64,000 nucleotides of DNA. Source: Candidatus Ozemobacteraceae bacterium. Its GTDB lineage: Bacteria > Muiribacteriota > Ozemobacteria > Ozemobacterales > Ozemobacteraceae. The translations under genes and the position numbers were made by a program. The notes under the pieces were generated by a model. That model did not search any database. It saw only the letters and a program-made list of their open reading frames with translations, and was not told the origin of the DNA. Where the stretch lies: assembly GCA_965140445.1 (NCBI GenBank), contig OZ223236.1:3232001-3296000 (forward strand). The letters run 5' to 3'. Positions within the stretch are counted from its first letter, which is position 1, and every line of letters starts with the position of its first letter. Positions 48,630 through 58,326 of the stretch are shown piece after piece.

Positions 48630-49196
48630 TTAATGCGCCTGCCAGTTTTTCAGGGCATCGATGGGGCTGATTAGCATAATAATATTTATGACCAGACTGT
48701 CTTTGATCCACAGAATCAGGAAGATCTCCACCGCAATAAAGAACATAATGGATTTCTTAACGCCAAGTTTTGAGCTGAGTAAAAACCCCATTGAGCACAT
48801 ACAAACATCGCTGATGGAATTAAGTATGGTGTCCCCAGTATACCCAAGTGCAATGGTAGCTTCGCGATACCTGTCAATTACCCAGGGTGAATTCTCAATA
48901 ATTTCCCAGATCCCTTCAGCGCACACCGCTGCAAGAAACATCCCATAAAAACTAAGCTTATTCTTTAATCGAGATGAAATAAAACCCAAAATCAAACAAA
49001 ACATAACCCCATGTAAAACATGAGTAAAACTATAAGGATCAGCAAGCTGCTGGGAATTCTCCGCACTATTAATATCTGTTACCCATAACAAAACTTTACC
49101 CGATTTGGAAATAAAAGAGCGGCCCTCGAAGTGTAGAGTTAGGATCATTGCAATGATTGCTATTGCTGCAAACATTAAAAATCTTTTTTTTGTCAT
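48630..49196 (-). CDS. DUF2585 (UPF0314)-like membrane protein
   Basis: GR..I...G...LW...NSQQLADPYSFTHVLHG...WEIIENSP.VIDRYR..TIA.GY.GD.I.NS.SD...D.L..NIIML..P.DA.K.WQ. Confidence 0.85.
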   Translation of the reverse strand: MTKKRFLMFAAIAIIAMILTLHFEGRSFISKSGKVLLWVTDINSAENSQQLADPYSFTHVLHGVMFCLILGFISSRLKNKLSFYGMFLAAVCAEGIWEIIENSPWVIDRYREATIALGYTGDTILNSISDVCMCSMGFLLSSKLGVKKSIMFFIAVEIFLILWIKDSLVINIIMLISPIDALKNWQAH

Positions 49197-49306
49197 GAAC
49201 TGCCAACTCCGCTAAGTGTGAATGTAGGAACCTACATTTATTTGGGTGTTTTTGTAAAGAAAAACGAAAAGCTTAAGTTGCTTCTAGGTCTTTTAAGCAA
49301 AGATAA

Positions 49307-50818
49307 TCATCGCACCAAACGAACTACCAGGTCGCAATCTGATGTGTTGGCCGAGATTTTGCCGTTGTCATCTTTGAGATCTGGGCCAATGCTGTACAGG
49401 GTTATGGTTTCTGTGCTTAGGATGTAACGAAAAGGCTTTTCGGAAAAGGAATCAATGAGCATCTTTGGGTCGGGGACTTCAATTTTTTCAAGGGTCTGAG
49501 GTGTATTTTGGGTTTCCAATTGTTGAAGTCGAACAAATGCTGCAAGGCGCAGGAGTCTTGCTCTTTCCGATATTGCAAGAGCTTCTAGCGCAATGGTAGT
49601 GTGGTTTGGCCTACTAAGTGCCAGGAGTATTCCAATAACATAGTCCGAGATCATGGCTGATTTTTGGGTTGATAAAGTAAGAAATTTTATTTTAAGGAAA
49701 TCGAACATTAGTTGATTCCAGGAAGGAAGCAGATTTTCGTTTTGACCATTAGAATAGAATTCTTTGATTTTTCTTATTCTTTCCGGGATATTTTCCAGAC
49801 GTAAGGCTGCCCGATACCTATCAGCTTCTTGATTTGTACGAATACAGAGACGATTCAAGTCTAGATAAACTGCTGGATTGAACTCATCAGAAGCTGCCGT
49901 AGCATTTTTCTGCCAAAAACTGCCATTAGGCTGCATATCTTCGAGTATTAGCGAAAGTGGATTAAATCGATATTCGTGCTCCATGGAAAAATTGCATCTC
50001 GAAAGATCTTCGAAAAACTTTAGCTTTTTGCTAATCTGACTAATAACTGGAGCTGAAATATCTTTTTGGTTGAGCAACACCGCAGTTGCCTCAAGAGAAT
50101 CGCTAACTCCTAATAAACCAAACAAAGTAAATAGTGTTAAATTGCTCTGAATTATAGAATAACCAGCTCTTCCAGAAACCCAGATATCTTCCCAGGTTTT
50201 TTCATAATCGGCTTTTGCCAGATTGTTCATAGCCCTTGCCAGCAATAACCGTATTGGTTGATTAGGCTTAAGCTCTCTTGGTGGGCAGGCAGCCCACATT
50301 TTTTCATTTTTTAGATAGGGCCAGAAGCATCCTTTCTTTTTACCCATATCAGCCATTAATAAAAAGGTCTTCTGGTTTGACGCTATTAAAGAAACAAGTT
50401 CAGGGCATTCTTCTTCCAACCAGGGTTTCAGATAAAAATCATTTCTATTTCGTGACAGTTCAAAACCCATGAATCCCTTTCTTTCTATGAAAGTTGTTGG
50501 ATTAAACAATACTGCAGAAGAAGCAAAATCAATGCCCATATGAAGCTTTTGGACAAATTCGTTTTGCTTTGCTATATCAGAAGAAATAATCTGAATTCCC
50601 TTTATTTTAAGAAGCTCAACGGCTGCATTATGCTCAGGTTTAAGAAACAGATTATGATTAAGTGTTTCTGCTAAATCTATTGTATTTTTTGTTCTTATAA
50701 GCTTAGTGAAATAAGTGGTTTCCCTTGATATCTTTAATGGAGGGGGCGGTACGAACCTTATGAAAAAATACCAATAGGGAACTGACAAAAGAATAATTAA
50801 GCCAAAAATCTTTTTCAC
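49307..50818 (-). CDS. Membrane-anchored hypothetical protein with GspG-like C-terminal motif
   Basis: N-terminal TM, ISRETTYFT; C-terminal DSFSEKPFRY...LYSIGPDLKDDNG. Confidence 0.6.
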   Translation of the reverse strand: MKKIFGLIILLSVPYWYFFIRFVPPPPLKISRETTYFTKLIRTKNTIDLAETLNHNLFLKPEHNAAVELLKIKGIQIISSDIAKQNEFVQKLHMGIDFASSAVLFNPTTFIERKGFMGFELSRNRNDFYLKPWLEEECPELVSLIASNQKTFLLMADMGKKKGCFWPYLKNEKMWAACPPRELKPNQPIRLLLARAMNNLAKADYEKTWEDIWVSGRAGYSIIQSNLTLFTLFGLLGVSDSLEATAVLLNQKDISAPVISQISKKLKFFEDLSRCNFSMEHEYRFNPLSLILEDMQPNGSFWQKNATAASDEFNPAVYLDLNRLCIRTNQEADRYRAALRLENIPERIRKIKEFYSNGQNENLLPSWNQLMFDFLKIKFLTLSTQKSAMISDYVIGILLALSRPNHTTIALEALAISERARLLRLAAFVRLQQLETQNTPQTLEKIEVPDPKMLIDSFSEKPFRYILSTETITLYSIGPDLKDDNGKISANTSDCDLVVRLVR

Positions 50819-51122
50819 AATTTCTCCAAAACAACCAATCTTAAAAAGAACATAATAGCATGAAACTTGTTCTTACAGGTGCTTATTTGCATCAATCTAA
50901 CCCAACAAAAAGAAGCCTTCATTGCCATTTTTTTGCAATACATTTGATTTCTTTTCATAAATTACAAATATCTCATACTGCGATATTCAATTTGCTACAT
51001 ATGAATTAAGATCAATTATCATAAAGCATAATAGTATGAAATAAGAGGTTTTGAACCAACATAACAAAAAAATATGGGTATAACGGTTCTAGTTACATTT
51101 ATCAATCTCTAAACATCAAAAA

Positions 51123-51938
51123 TCAATACCTAAATCCCCTGCTGATAGGCAAAATGGTGGTTTTGCTTTCGGAGATGAATTCGTGGGGGAATGAGCGTTT
51201 CAGGGTTGTAGAATAGAGCTTTACTCCGCCGAATTGGGTGTAGATTAAGAGGGAAACGCTTACTTCGTTTGGGTAGAAGGTTACCCAGGCGGGGATGCGA
51301 GACAAAATCATGGTGTCGTTATAGTTGCTGTGCCAGTGTAAATAGAATTGTGCGCCGATAAGGTTCAGAACAGCTAACTGGATAAAGGCTTCTCTACTGC
51401 CATCCGTCTCGATGTGCTTAAGGTAGGCATTGCATTCATTCTTTCTTATTCTACTTTTTAATTCTCCATACATTTCATACAAATCTAGAAGAATTACGGC
51501 CCTTTCTGAATTTTCTTTTCGGCAGTAGAGGTATGGGCGCCCGTCAAGACTGGTGAGATCATAGACGTAATCTAATTCGTAACCGTTTTGTAATTTAAGT
51601 CGGTCTAGAAATTTCAAATATTTGTTTACGTTAAAGTCCATGGGTAAACGATTTATTAAATCTCGTCGGACGCTAACAGGTTTTGAATCTTCATCAAACA
51701 AATCAAATCTAAGGGAATCCAAATCTTTAGCCAACCCCCTGTCAGTGAGGAAATAACCTCTTTCTGGTTGGATTCGCCTGATTTTGGCTATTCGCCAATG
51801 AATGTCGGGTGGGAAAAACAAATAAAGGAATAACAAAAAAAGCAAACAGCCCAAAATTACCTTCGTCATAGGTTTTTGAAAGATGTTTACAACGAAATCC
51901 TTAATTGCTTCAAATTTTCTAATAGCGCGGTTATTCAT
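51123..51938 (-). CDS. Hypothetical membrane-anchored protein
   Basis: 271-aa ORF with one TM; QFYLHWHSNYND motif of unknown meaning. Confidence 0.6.
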   Translation of the reverse strand: MNNRAIRKFEAIKDFVVNIFQKPMTKVILGCLLFLLFLYLFFPPDIHWRIAKIRRIQPERGYFLTDRGLAKDLDSLRFDLFDEDSKPVSVRRDLINRLPMDFNVNKYLKFLDRLKLQNGYELDYVYDLTSLDGRPYLYCRKENSERAVILLDLYEMYGELKSRIRKNECNAYLKHIETDGSREAFIQLAVLNLIGAQFYLHWHSNYNDTMILSRIPAWVTFYPNEVSVSLLIYTQFGGVKLYSTTLKRSFPHEFISESKTTILPISRGFRY

Positions 51939-52099
51939 ATCTTTGGCCAGTTTCCTGTTTATTTTCTTGAAAGAGAATCTTCTTATTAATCTTACGAAAT
52001 TGTTCTGTGAATAGTAATTGAAAATTCATGTATGAATATTTTTTATAATTTCTTTAAACAAGTTTTCCACTTTTAATTCTATTTTCCAGTATTAAGCAA

Positions 52100-52135
52100 A
52101 AGCCCAGGCCACTTATTAATAAATAGCCTGGGCTT
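52100..52135 (-). terminator. Stem-loop, probable terminator of the large VWA gene
   Basis: AAGCCCAGGC...GCCTGGGCTT, with a short T run on the minus strand. Confidence 0.65.
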
Positions 52136-52182
52136 CGTAATTCAATACCAGTTAGTAGCGAATTTTACAGACAAAGAGTCTT

Positions 52183-55100
52183 TTATTTTGCGTGTTCAAA
52201 GTAATAGTTAACACCTGCTTCGTAGCCTGATTTCAGGTCGGGGGTGCTGATGTTTGGCTGGAGCAGTTTTCCTTCGGTAAGTAAATCTTTCAAGGAAATT
52301 TTGGTGCCGGTGAGAGCTACTGATGTATCTGAGTCTGCTGTCAGGGCATCGTCGATGATATCACTTAGACTTTTCCCAACATTGCTTAAGTTGTCTTTAA
52401 GCGCCGTTGCCAGCTTTTTAGCTTTGGCCAGGATCTTTTTATAATCTTCTTCCTGGAAACTGACTGCGGATACAGCCCAAACAGAAGTCTCAACACCTTT
52501 CAGAAAGCCAATCACTGCCTGGCCTGAATTAGAAAGGGCTTCCATAATTGTGCTTTCGACCAGAGCCCCGTGCTCGCTGTTTTGTAAAAGAGAAGCAATC
52601 GAGTAATCATCGCGGTTAACTTCAAGCCAACCCCAGAATTGTTTATTATCAATAATTGCCGGTTCAACTGGAATCAGCAGGAAAGTATCTCTATTCAACC
52701 TTTTAATTCTATCAACAATAGACTTTGAAAATTCTTTGCCTTCCATGAAATCCAGAATAACTCGCTTATTTTCATTTGTTACCATTATGGTTTCATCACT
52801 TTTAGCCATTTTCCAGAGGGTTGCCACTGAAATTCCGTCTTTTCCAAGAGCAGTTGCTTCGGCAACGGTATTAAAAAGCCCCGACATAATGTTAAAGGCT
52901 TTTATGGCTTCAAGGTTCTCCGATTGGGGCTCGTTTTTTACATACTTCAAGTCTATTCTGGTTTGGAGAGAGCCTTTTTTAGCATTTCTCGCCACTCCAA
53001 CAATTATTACTCTTGATTTGCTGGTTCTTCCTTCTATCAAATCAAGTTCCCTGGCCAGATTAGCTTCATTTATGCTCTGCGCAGCTACAAACTTAGAAAT
53101 AATGGTTCTGGTATGCCATTGCAATATAGAAAGAGTATCGGGGTTTGAAACAGATTTCTTTTTGGCCTCTCGAACCTTATTCAAGACGTCTATGGATTCA
53201 CGGGTAAGGCTGGGAATATTTATTCCAATTGTAAAAAAGTTATCTGTAATCTTTGTATCTTCTGGAAGTTCGTATTCATAGGGCTCGCCATAACCAAGAC
53301 TATTATTGCTCACAACGATTTTTATTTTTTGAACTTTGTAGTCTTTTGAAATGGCTCCAGCTCCAACTATAGTGCCTTTCTCGCCGCCATAAGCAATTGC
53401 CTTGATCTCATTATCTTTGCCTTTTGCAAAGGCAATGTCGAGAGCATGACCGCACAAATAGTTAGAATCCTGACTGAAACTGCACATATCAAAGGTTTCT
53501 TCTTTATCCGGGTTACTGCTTCCCCCTAACGCGCCAGCCATGCCGCCCATTTTTGAGCTGACCGAATCTGAGGTTTTTCTGGCGACAAGCTTCACTCCGA
53601 TAGTAACGTTAGAGCCACTCAGACTACTCAAGCTGTAATCCTTTATTTTTTCGATAAACTCGGGAATTTCATCCGTGTACTTGAGCATTGGAAAAACCAG
53701 CATTCTGGCATTTTCGTCATCGCCGACCTTAATGGCTGGCAACCTATTGGGAACATTAACAAGCTTATAGGTTTGTTTTAAATTGTCTTTGCCCTTTTCA
53801 GTGAGATACACCAGATATGCTTTCATATTAACCGGACTCTTACCAAGAACCTTTGCAAACAGCGAAGCAAAATCCAGTTCATTTCCAAATCCCTGAGTTA
53901 AAACAGCTTCTGGTGAATAAAGGCAGTTACTATTAGTGCTGGAAACGTATCTCAAGCCCTTAATTGTTTCAATTGCCTGATCAATCGTGGTAAGAGTCTG
54001 AAATTTTTCTATTCCATAAATTGTAATAGACGGAACAGAGCAAACTTCTTTCTGGATTTCCTTTTTACCGTCTGCATCCAGCTCTGCAAAAACCTTGGAA
54101 CCTGGCTTAACAAAGCCATTGGCGACACGCTGCATATTAATGGTTTTTAGAATTCGTCGAATTGCTTTTTCGTTATAGTCATCATCCGGGTATTTGGCCT
54201 CAACCTCTTTACCCAATAATGGACTTTCTTCTTGTAAGAACTTTGTTTTTCGCAGTTCAGCAAGATTGATTTTGTAATTCAAATTTTTAAAAATTGGGGA
54301 TTTTAAATACACTTCTTCATCTTTACTGTTGCATTTAAACAAGGCAACCATGCGCTGGGTATAACCATCTTTGATGATTTGGGGGTTTTGCATTCCAAAT
54401 AATCGGGACTGGGTTTTATCAAAGAGGCTGTAGATCCCTGGATTTTTACCCTTAGCAGAAGAAAAGCCTCCCAGGCCCTTATGCTCCGCTGCATAAGCCT
54501 TAGAAGTATCAATCTCTTCTTTTTGGCTGATGATAAGCGGATCATGCATTCTTGTTTCAGTGTTGTCTTCTTTGTCCACAAAGGTAACATCTATAGAAAC
54601 AAGCGTATGTCCGCTGCCATCAAGCTTTTTGAGATACTTTACATCGTTAATATGCAGATCAATGCCATCTTCCGATGCAGCTGCTTTTGAAAGCTTCAGT
54701 TCTGATTCAGGAGTGTTGTTTATTGGAATTACAACATCTTTTCCCATAAGCGATACAACAAGGTCTGCATGGCTATCTTTCAACATTTCAGGAATTAAAA
54801 AAACAAGTTTTTCTTTATTGAACGAACCTGGCGACAGCACTGCTGGTCCATAAAATCCGAATGGTATGATTTTGGTAACAGGGTGGGGCTCTTTAATCAG
54901 CCAGCCTTGAGGCGTAGAAATACGCAAAAACATTCTTTTGGCTGGATCTAGCTTTAACAGGCCTTCTACATTAGATATTAAATTCATGGAAATAGTTCTA
55001 AACAGCTCGTTTTCGTAAACCTTACTTCCTGCAACAGAGTCACTGTCTGAATAGCCTTCAATTTCTATGGAAAAGGCGTCCGATAGTTTTTTAGTTGCAG

Positions 55101-57927
55101 CCTTGCTTTTGACAAGTTCGACGACAGCTCGAGTCGACATTTCACCTGTAATTGGGATGTCAACATTTCCATAGGCAGAATCATAGTAATGAAGAGAAAC
55201 TGTCTCCATAACTTTATCTGGAACCGTGAAAATAATAGCCCCCGAAACTTTTTGATCGGGTTTAATGGATACACTCTTGTCTCCAGGAAGGATTAGAGGC
55301 TTTTCCGCAAGCCAGGTGGCATGTGAAAGAGGGTATTCAGCAGAATTGTTCCAGCGCAAAAACAGGTGGTTTTCAAGGTCGGGAATCAAATATGGTGGGA
55401 TCTTCATCTTCTCAACGCTGTCTGAGTCAACTTTTCCTATCCAGCTTGAAGGATGAGAAGATCCATCGGGATGAACAACAACCTTTTGTTTTTTCAAAAC
55501 ATTTGTTAATTCCAGATCCAGAGCAACCATCTGGTGACCGCTTCGCTGATAGCCTCTCAGGCGATCCAAAAGATATATGCTATTTATGTGAATATTCAGG
55601 GCTTTAGTTTGTGCGTCAATACTAAGGGGAATCCGATTCTTTATTCTCACATCTTTTAAGGCGATATCATTACCCCAGATAAGTGCAGAAGCGCTGCTGT
55701 CAGTGTATGGAGTCTTTAGATCCTCAAAACTGTAATTTAAGACATCAAGATTTACGGGCTTGCCATTGGTGACTGCCTCTTTGGGTTTTTCAACCATCTT
55801 TGTTGCTGCGAAAATTCCGGGTAAACCTTCTGGGGTTTTGTAGTTGATTTTAACGCTTACAGGAACCTTTTCTGCGTTTTTAACAGGTTTATTTAATTCA
55901 GTTAGGATTTGAGCAAACATGTCTGATAAATCCTGCGGCTCTTTTGCCAGTAGCGATTTTCCGCCAGATAACTCGGCCGCATAATCAAATAGCTTTTTGT
56001 ATTTTTCCTTTAGGCCAATGCCGACCCAGATAGATTTAATCCCCACATCTTTAATTTTGCTCAGAATCAGATCAAATTGCTGCCGGTCATCTTTAGCTTC
56101 TAATGCCGCATCGGTAATGTATATGAGATATTTTCTCGTAGAGGGAACCGAAAGAGCATTATATGAATCTCGAATAGCAAGAAGTTCATTGGTTCCGCCA
56201 CCGGCTTTTACTCCGGCAATAGCCCTTATTATTTTGGCCTTGTCTTTAGTTGCAATCTGCTCAAGGCTGGTCTGAGTATTAAATGTTCCGAATTCTAAAA
56301 TTACATTTTCGGGAACTTTGGCAACAAAGTCCATCAGAGCCTGGCGGACTTTCTCAATACGTCGATCACAACCATCACCCAATGTGGACTCAGCATTCAT
56401 TGAACCGCTATTATCAAGCATAATCAACAAAATTGGATCGTCGCCTGCTATCTGGGTTTCTGGGGTTTTGTAGGTTAACTCAAAATTGTTACCCAGATTT
56501 TGTTTAATTTTCTTAAAAACTTCTTCAAGGTTTTTCTCGTCAGTCTTGTAATATGCGCCACCAGAAAGCTCCGAAATTCTGTTCAAAGTGGAATCATCAG
56601 GAGATTTACCATAACCAATTGTATAAACTGGAATTTTGGAATTTTTCACAGCTTCAAACATTTGCTCTGCATTGGCTTTACTGCCTTGCCTGGTATCATT
56701 GTAATTGGCATCTTTTCCATCTGTAAAAAGAATCAAAGATGTTCTCTGCTTGCCTTCAAGATTTTTTAAACCCAGAATAACACTGTCATACAAAGCGGTT
56801 GCGCCATTGGCTTTAACTGCCTTGAGTTTTGCAAGTAAATCGGTTCTTGATTTGGCTTTTAGTAGCTTTGGTTTGGTGTCAAAATCTACAACGCTGATAT
56901 TCGCTTTCTCATCGAAGTTTTTAACAAAAGTAGCTGCTTCTTTTAAAACTCGCTTCATATCATTTTTCATTGAACCGGAGGAGTCCAGCAACAGAACTGT
57001 ATTTATTGGGGTTTGAAGCCTTTTAATGTCAATTATCTGGACTTTAGAAGCGCCTTGAATGACTTCCGTATTTTTGGTGTCAGGCTTAACCAGTGAACTT
57101 TCAAGGACAGTAAAATCAATTTTTCCCAGGTTTTTCTCAATTTCCGTGGAATTAATATTCAACTTGGTCTGCTTCAAATCAGCTGGCGGAGAAATGAATT
57201 TGCCCAGGTTATCAGGCCAGTTTACAACCGTCATTTTTCCCGGAAAAGTTGGAATCATTCTGGCATTTAGCTGACCAGCATCATTTTCATTTAAAGATGA
57301 TACGTTTACGCGCCATATGCCCGGTGAAACCCACAATATAGCGTCACCATCCGGTGTAGAATCTGCATTTTTGTTTGAACGGTTATAATATGCCGTTGCA
57401 GGGTATACATCCCGATCAGATTCAGGCTGGAGAACAACCTTTGCCATGGGAACGTTTTTTATCAAAATCCCGGAAAGCTCATTAGAATAGCTGGCAGCCT
57501 CAACCGGAAAAGAGTTTAAAAGCTTGATTTTAACTTTTCCAGGCAATTTGCGTTTTACAATCTCAACGGTCCACCTGTACTGGCCAATGTCCTGCGGAAT
57601 ATCCCCAAACATAGCGACATTGCCTTCTGCTACATCCAAACTGTTGCTATATCTTATACTTAAGTTTTCAGATTTTTTACTCTCAACATCCTCACAGGAA
57701 ATTCTACAATCCTTATCACTGGTAATTTTCAGAATTTGCAAGAACTTGCCGTCATTGATGGTTTGAAAATCATATTTTTTGGTTTTTTCATCCAATTCAA
57801 CGGAGATTTCTTCTCCAACTTTGATTATTGGAAGGTTGTCATCAGCCTTTTTCGCTTCAACTTGATTTGGCAGTAAAAAAGATAAAATGACAACAATAGT
57901 GACTAAAATACTACGAATTCTCTGCAT
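52183..57927 (-). CDS. Giant exported protein with two VWA domains (about 1914 aa)
   Basis: ATG 57927 follows GGGGGA; signal peptide ends VEA; MIDAS motifs LLLDSSGSM/GATALYD/FTDG and MLDNSGSM/GGTN/ITD. Confidence 0.85.
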   Translation of the reverse strand: MQRIRSILVTIVVILSFLLPNQVEAKKADDNLPIIKVGEEISVELDEKTKKYDFQTINDGKFLQILKITSDKDCRISCEDVESKKSENLSIRYSNSLDVAEGNVAMFGDIPQDIGQYRWTVEIVKRKLPGKVKIKLLNSFPVEAASYSNELSGILIKNVPMAKVVLQPESDRDVYPATAYYNRSNKNADSTPDGDAILWVSPGIWRVNVSSLNENDAGQLNARMIPTFPGKMTVVNWPDNLGKFISPPADLKQTKLNINSTEIEKNLGKIDFTVLESSLVKPDTKNTEVIQGASKVQIIDIKRLQTPINTVLLLDSSGSMKNDMKRVLKEAATFVKNFDEKANISVVDFDTKPKLLKAKSRTDLLAKLKAVKANGATALYDSVILGLKNLEGKQRTSLILFTDGKDANYNDTRQGSKANAEQMFEAVKNSKIPVYTIGYGKSPDDSTLNRISELSGGAYYKTDEKNLEEVFKKIKQNLGNNFELTYKTPETQIAGDDPILLIMLDNSGSMNAESTLGDGCDRRIEKVRQALMDFVAKVPENVILEFGTFNTQTSLEQIATKDKAKIIRAIAGVKAGGGTNELLAIRDSYNALSVPSTRKYLIYITDAALEAKDDRQQFDLILSKIKDVGIKSIWVGIGLKEKYKKLFDYAAELSGGKSLLAKEPQDLSDMFAQILTELNKPVKNAEKVPVSVKINYKTPEGLPGIFAATKMVEKPKEAVTNGKPVNLDVLNYSFEDLKTPYTDSSASALIWGNDIALKDVRIKNRIPLSIDAQTKALNIHINSIYLLDRLRGYQRSGHQMVALDLELTNVLKKQKVVVHPDGSSHPSSWIGKVDSDSVEKMKIPPYLIPDLENHLFLRWNNSAEYPLSHATWLAEKPLILPGDKSVSIKPDQKVSGAIIFTVPDKVMETVSLHYYDSAYGNVDIPITGEMSTRAVVELVKSKAATKKLSDAFSIEIEGYSDSDSVAGSKVYENELFRTISMNLISNVEGLLKLDPAKRMFLRISTPQGWLIKEPHPVTKIIPFGFYGPAVLSPGSFNKEKLVFLIPEMLKDSHADLVVSLMGKDVVIPINNTPESELKLSKAAASEDGIDLHINDVKYLKKLDGSGHTLVSIDVTFVDKEDNTETRMHDPLIISQKEEIDTSKAYAAEHKGLGGFSSAKGKNPGIYSLFDKTQSRLFGMQNPQIIKDGYTQRMVALFKCNSKDEEVYLKSPIFKNLNYKINLAELRKTKFLQEESPLLGKEVEAKYPDDDYNEKAIRRILKTINMQRVANGFVKPGSKVFAELDADGKKEIQKEVCSVPSITIYGIEKFQTLTTIDQAIETIKGLRYVSSTNSNCLYSPEAVLTQGFGNELDFASLFAKVLGKSPVNMKAYLVYLTEKGKDNLKQTYKLVNVPNRLPAIKVGDDENARMLVFPMLKYTDEIPEFIEKIKDYSLSSLSGSNVTIGVKLVARKTSDSVSSKMGGMAGALGGSSNPDKEETFDMCSFSQDSNYLCGHALDIAFAKGKDNEIKAIAYGGEKGTIVGAGAISKDYKVQKIKIVVSNNSLGYGEPYEYELPEDTKITDNFFTIGINIPSLTRESIDVLNKVREAKKKSVSNPDTLSILQWHTRTIISKFVAAQSINEANLARELDLIEGRTSKSRVIIVGVARNAKKGSLQTRIDLKYVKNEPQSENLEAIKAFNIMSGLFNTVAEATALGKDGISVATLWKMAKSDETIMVTNENKRVILDFMEGKEFSKSIVDRIKRLNRDTFLLIPVEPAIIDNKQFWGWLEVNRDDYSIASLLQNSEHGALVESTIMEALSNSGQAVIGFLKGVETSVWAVSAVSFQEEDYKKILAKAKKLATALKDNLSNVGKSLSDIIDDALTADSDTSVALTGTKISLKDLLTEGKLLQPNISTPDLKSGYEAGVNYYFEHAK

Positions 57928-58326
57928 GATTCCCCCAGATTTGTATGTTTCTTTGATTTTAAAAGTAATTTTGTATAACAAAGAGGGCACGAGTGTAACA
58001 TTGTGTCACAGTTAACAACAAGGATTGAATTAGAAAAAAACAATTTGCCTTTAATTTGATTTACTTAGAACCAAAATTCTGCGAACTCTCCCTTACTAAA
58101 AATGGGTTAAACATTCAAAACAAAGTAAAATTCAAAAATTTTAAAAAGCTCATTTATTATACTATTTACGAGTTATCACCATGAAAGTGGCCCGAAAATT
58201 CTTTGAAGTTTTTTGGTATTAAAGTGTTTCCGGAGAAAACTATTTAAATTCATTCTGCTAATTGCATAGCTGGCTAATTTAGGTAAAAACAGCTATTATG
58301 AGCTTCAATTAATTGGAGAAATAGAA

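Noticed and set aside
46496..48835. Three repeats read as a CRISPR array, integron attC array or DGR template/variable repeats
   Set aside because: Repeats are 80-208 bp gene fragments with gene-sized spacers; no cas, intI or reverse transcriptase in the window; differences are codon-position biased rather than adenine-specific.
52736..53281. 181-aa plus-strand ORF and other short ORFs inside the VWA gene
   Set aside because: Antisense shadows of a long coding frame.
57994..58010. TGTAACA-TTG-TGTCACA as a CRP/FNR site
   Set aside because: Spacing does not fit TGTGA-N6-TCACA; a single imperfect palindrome is too weak.
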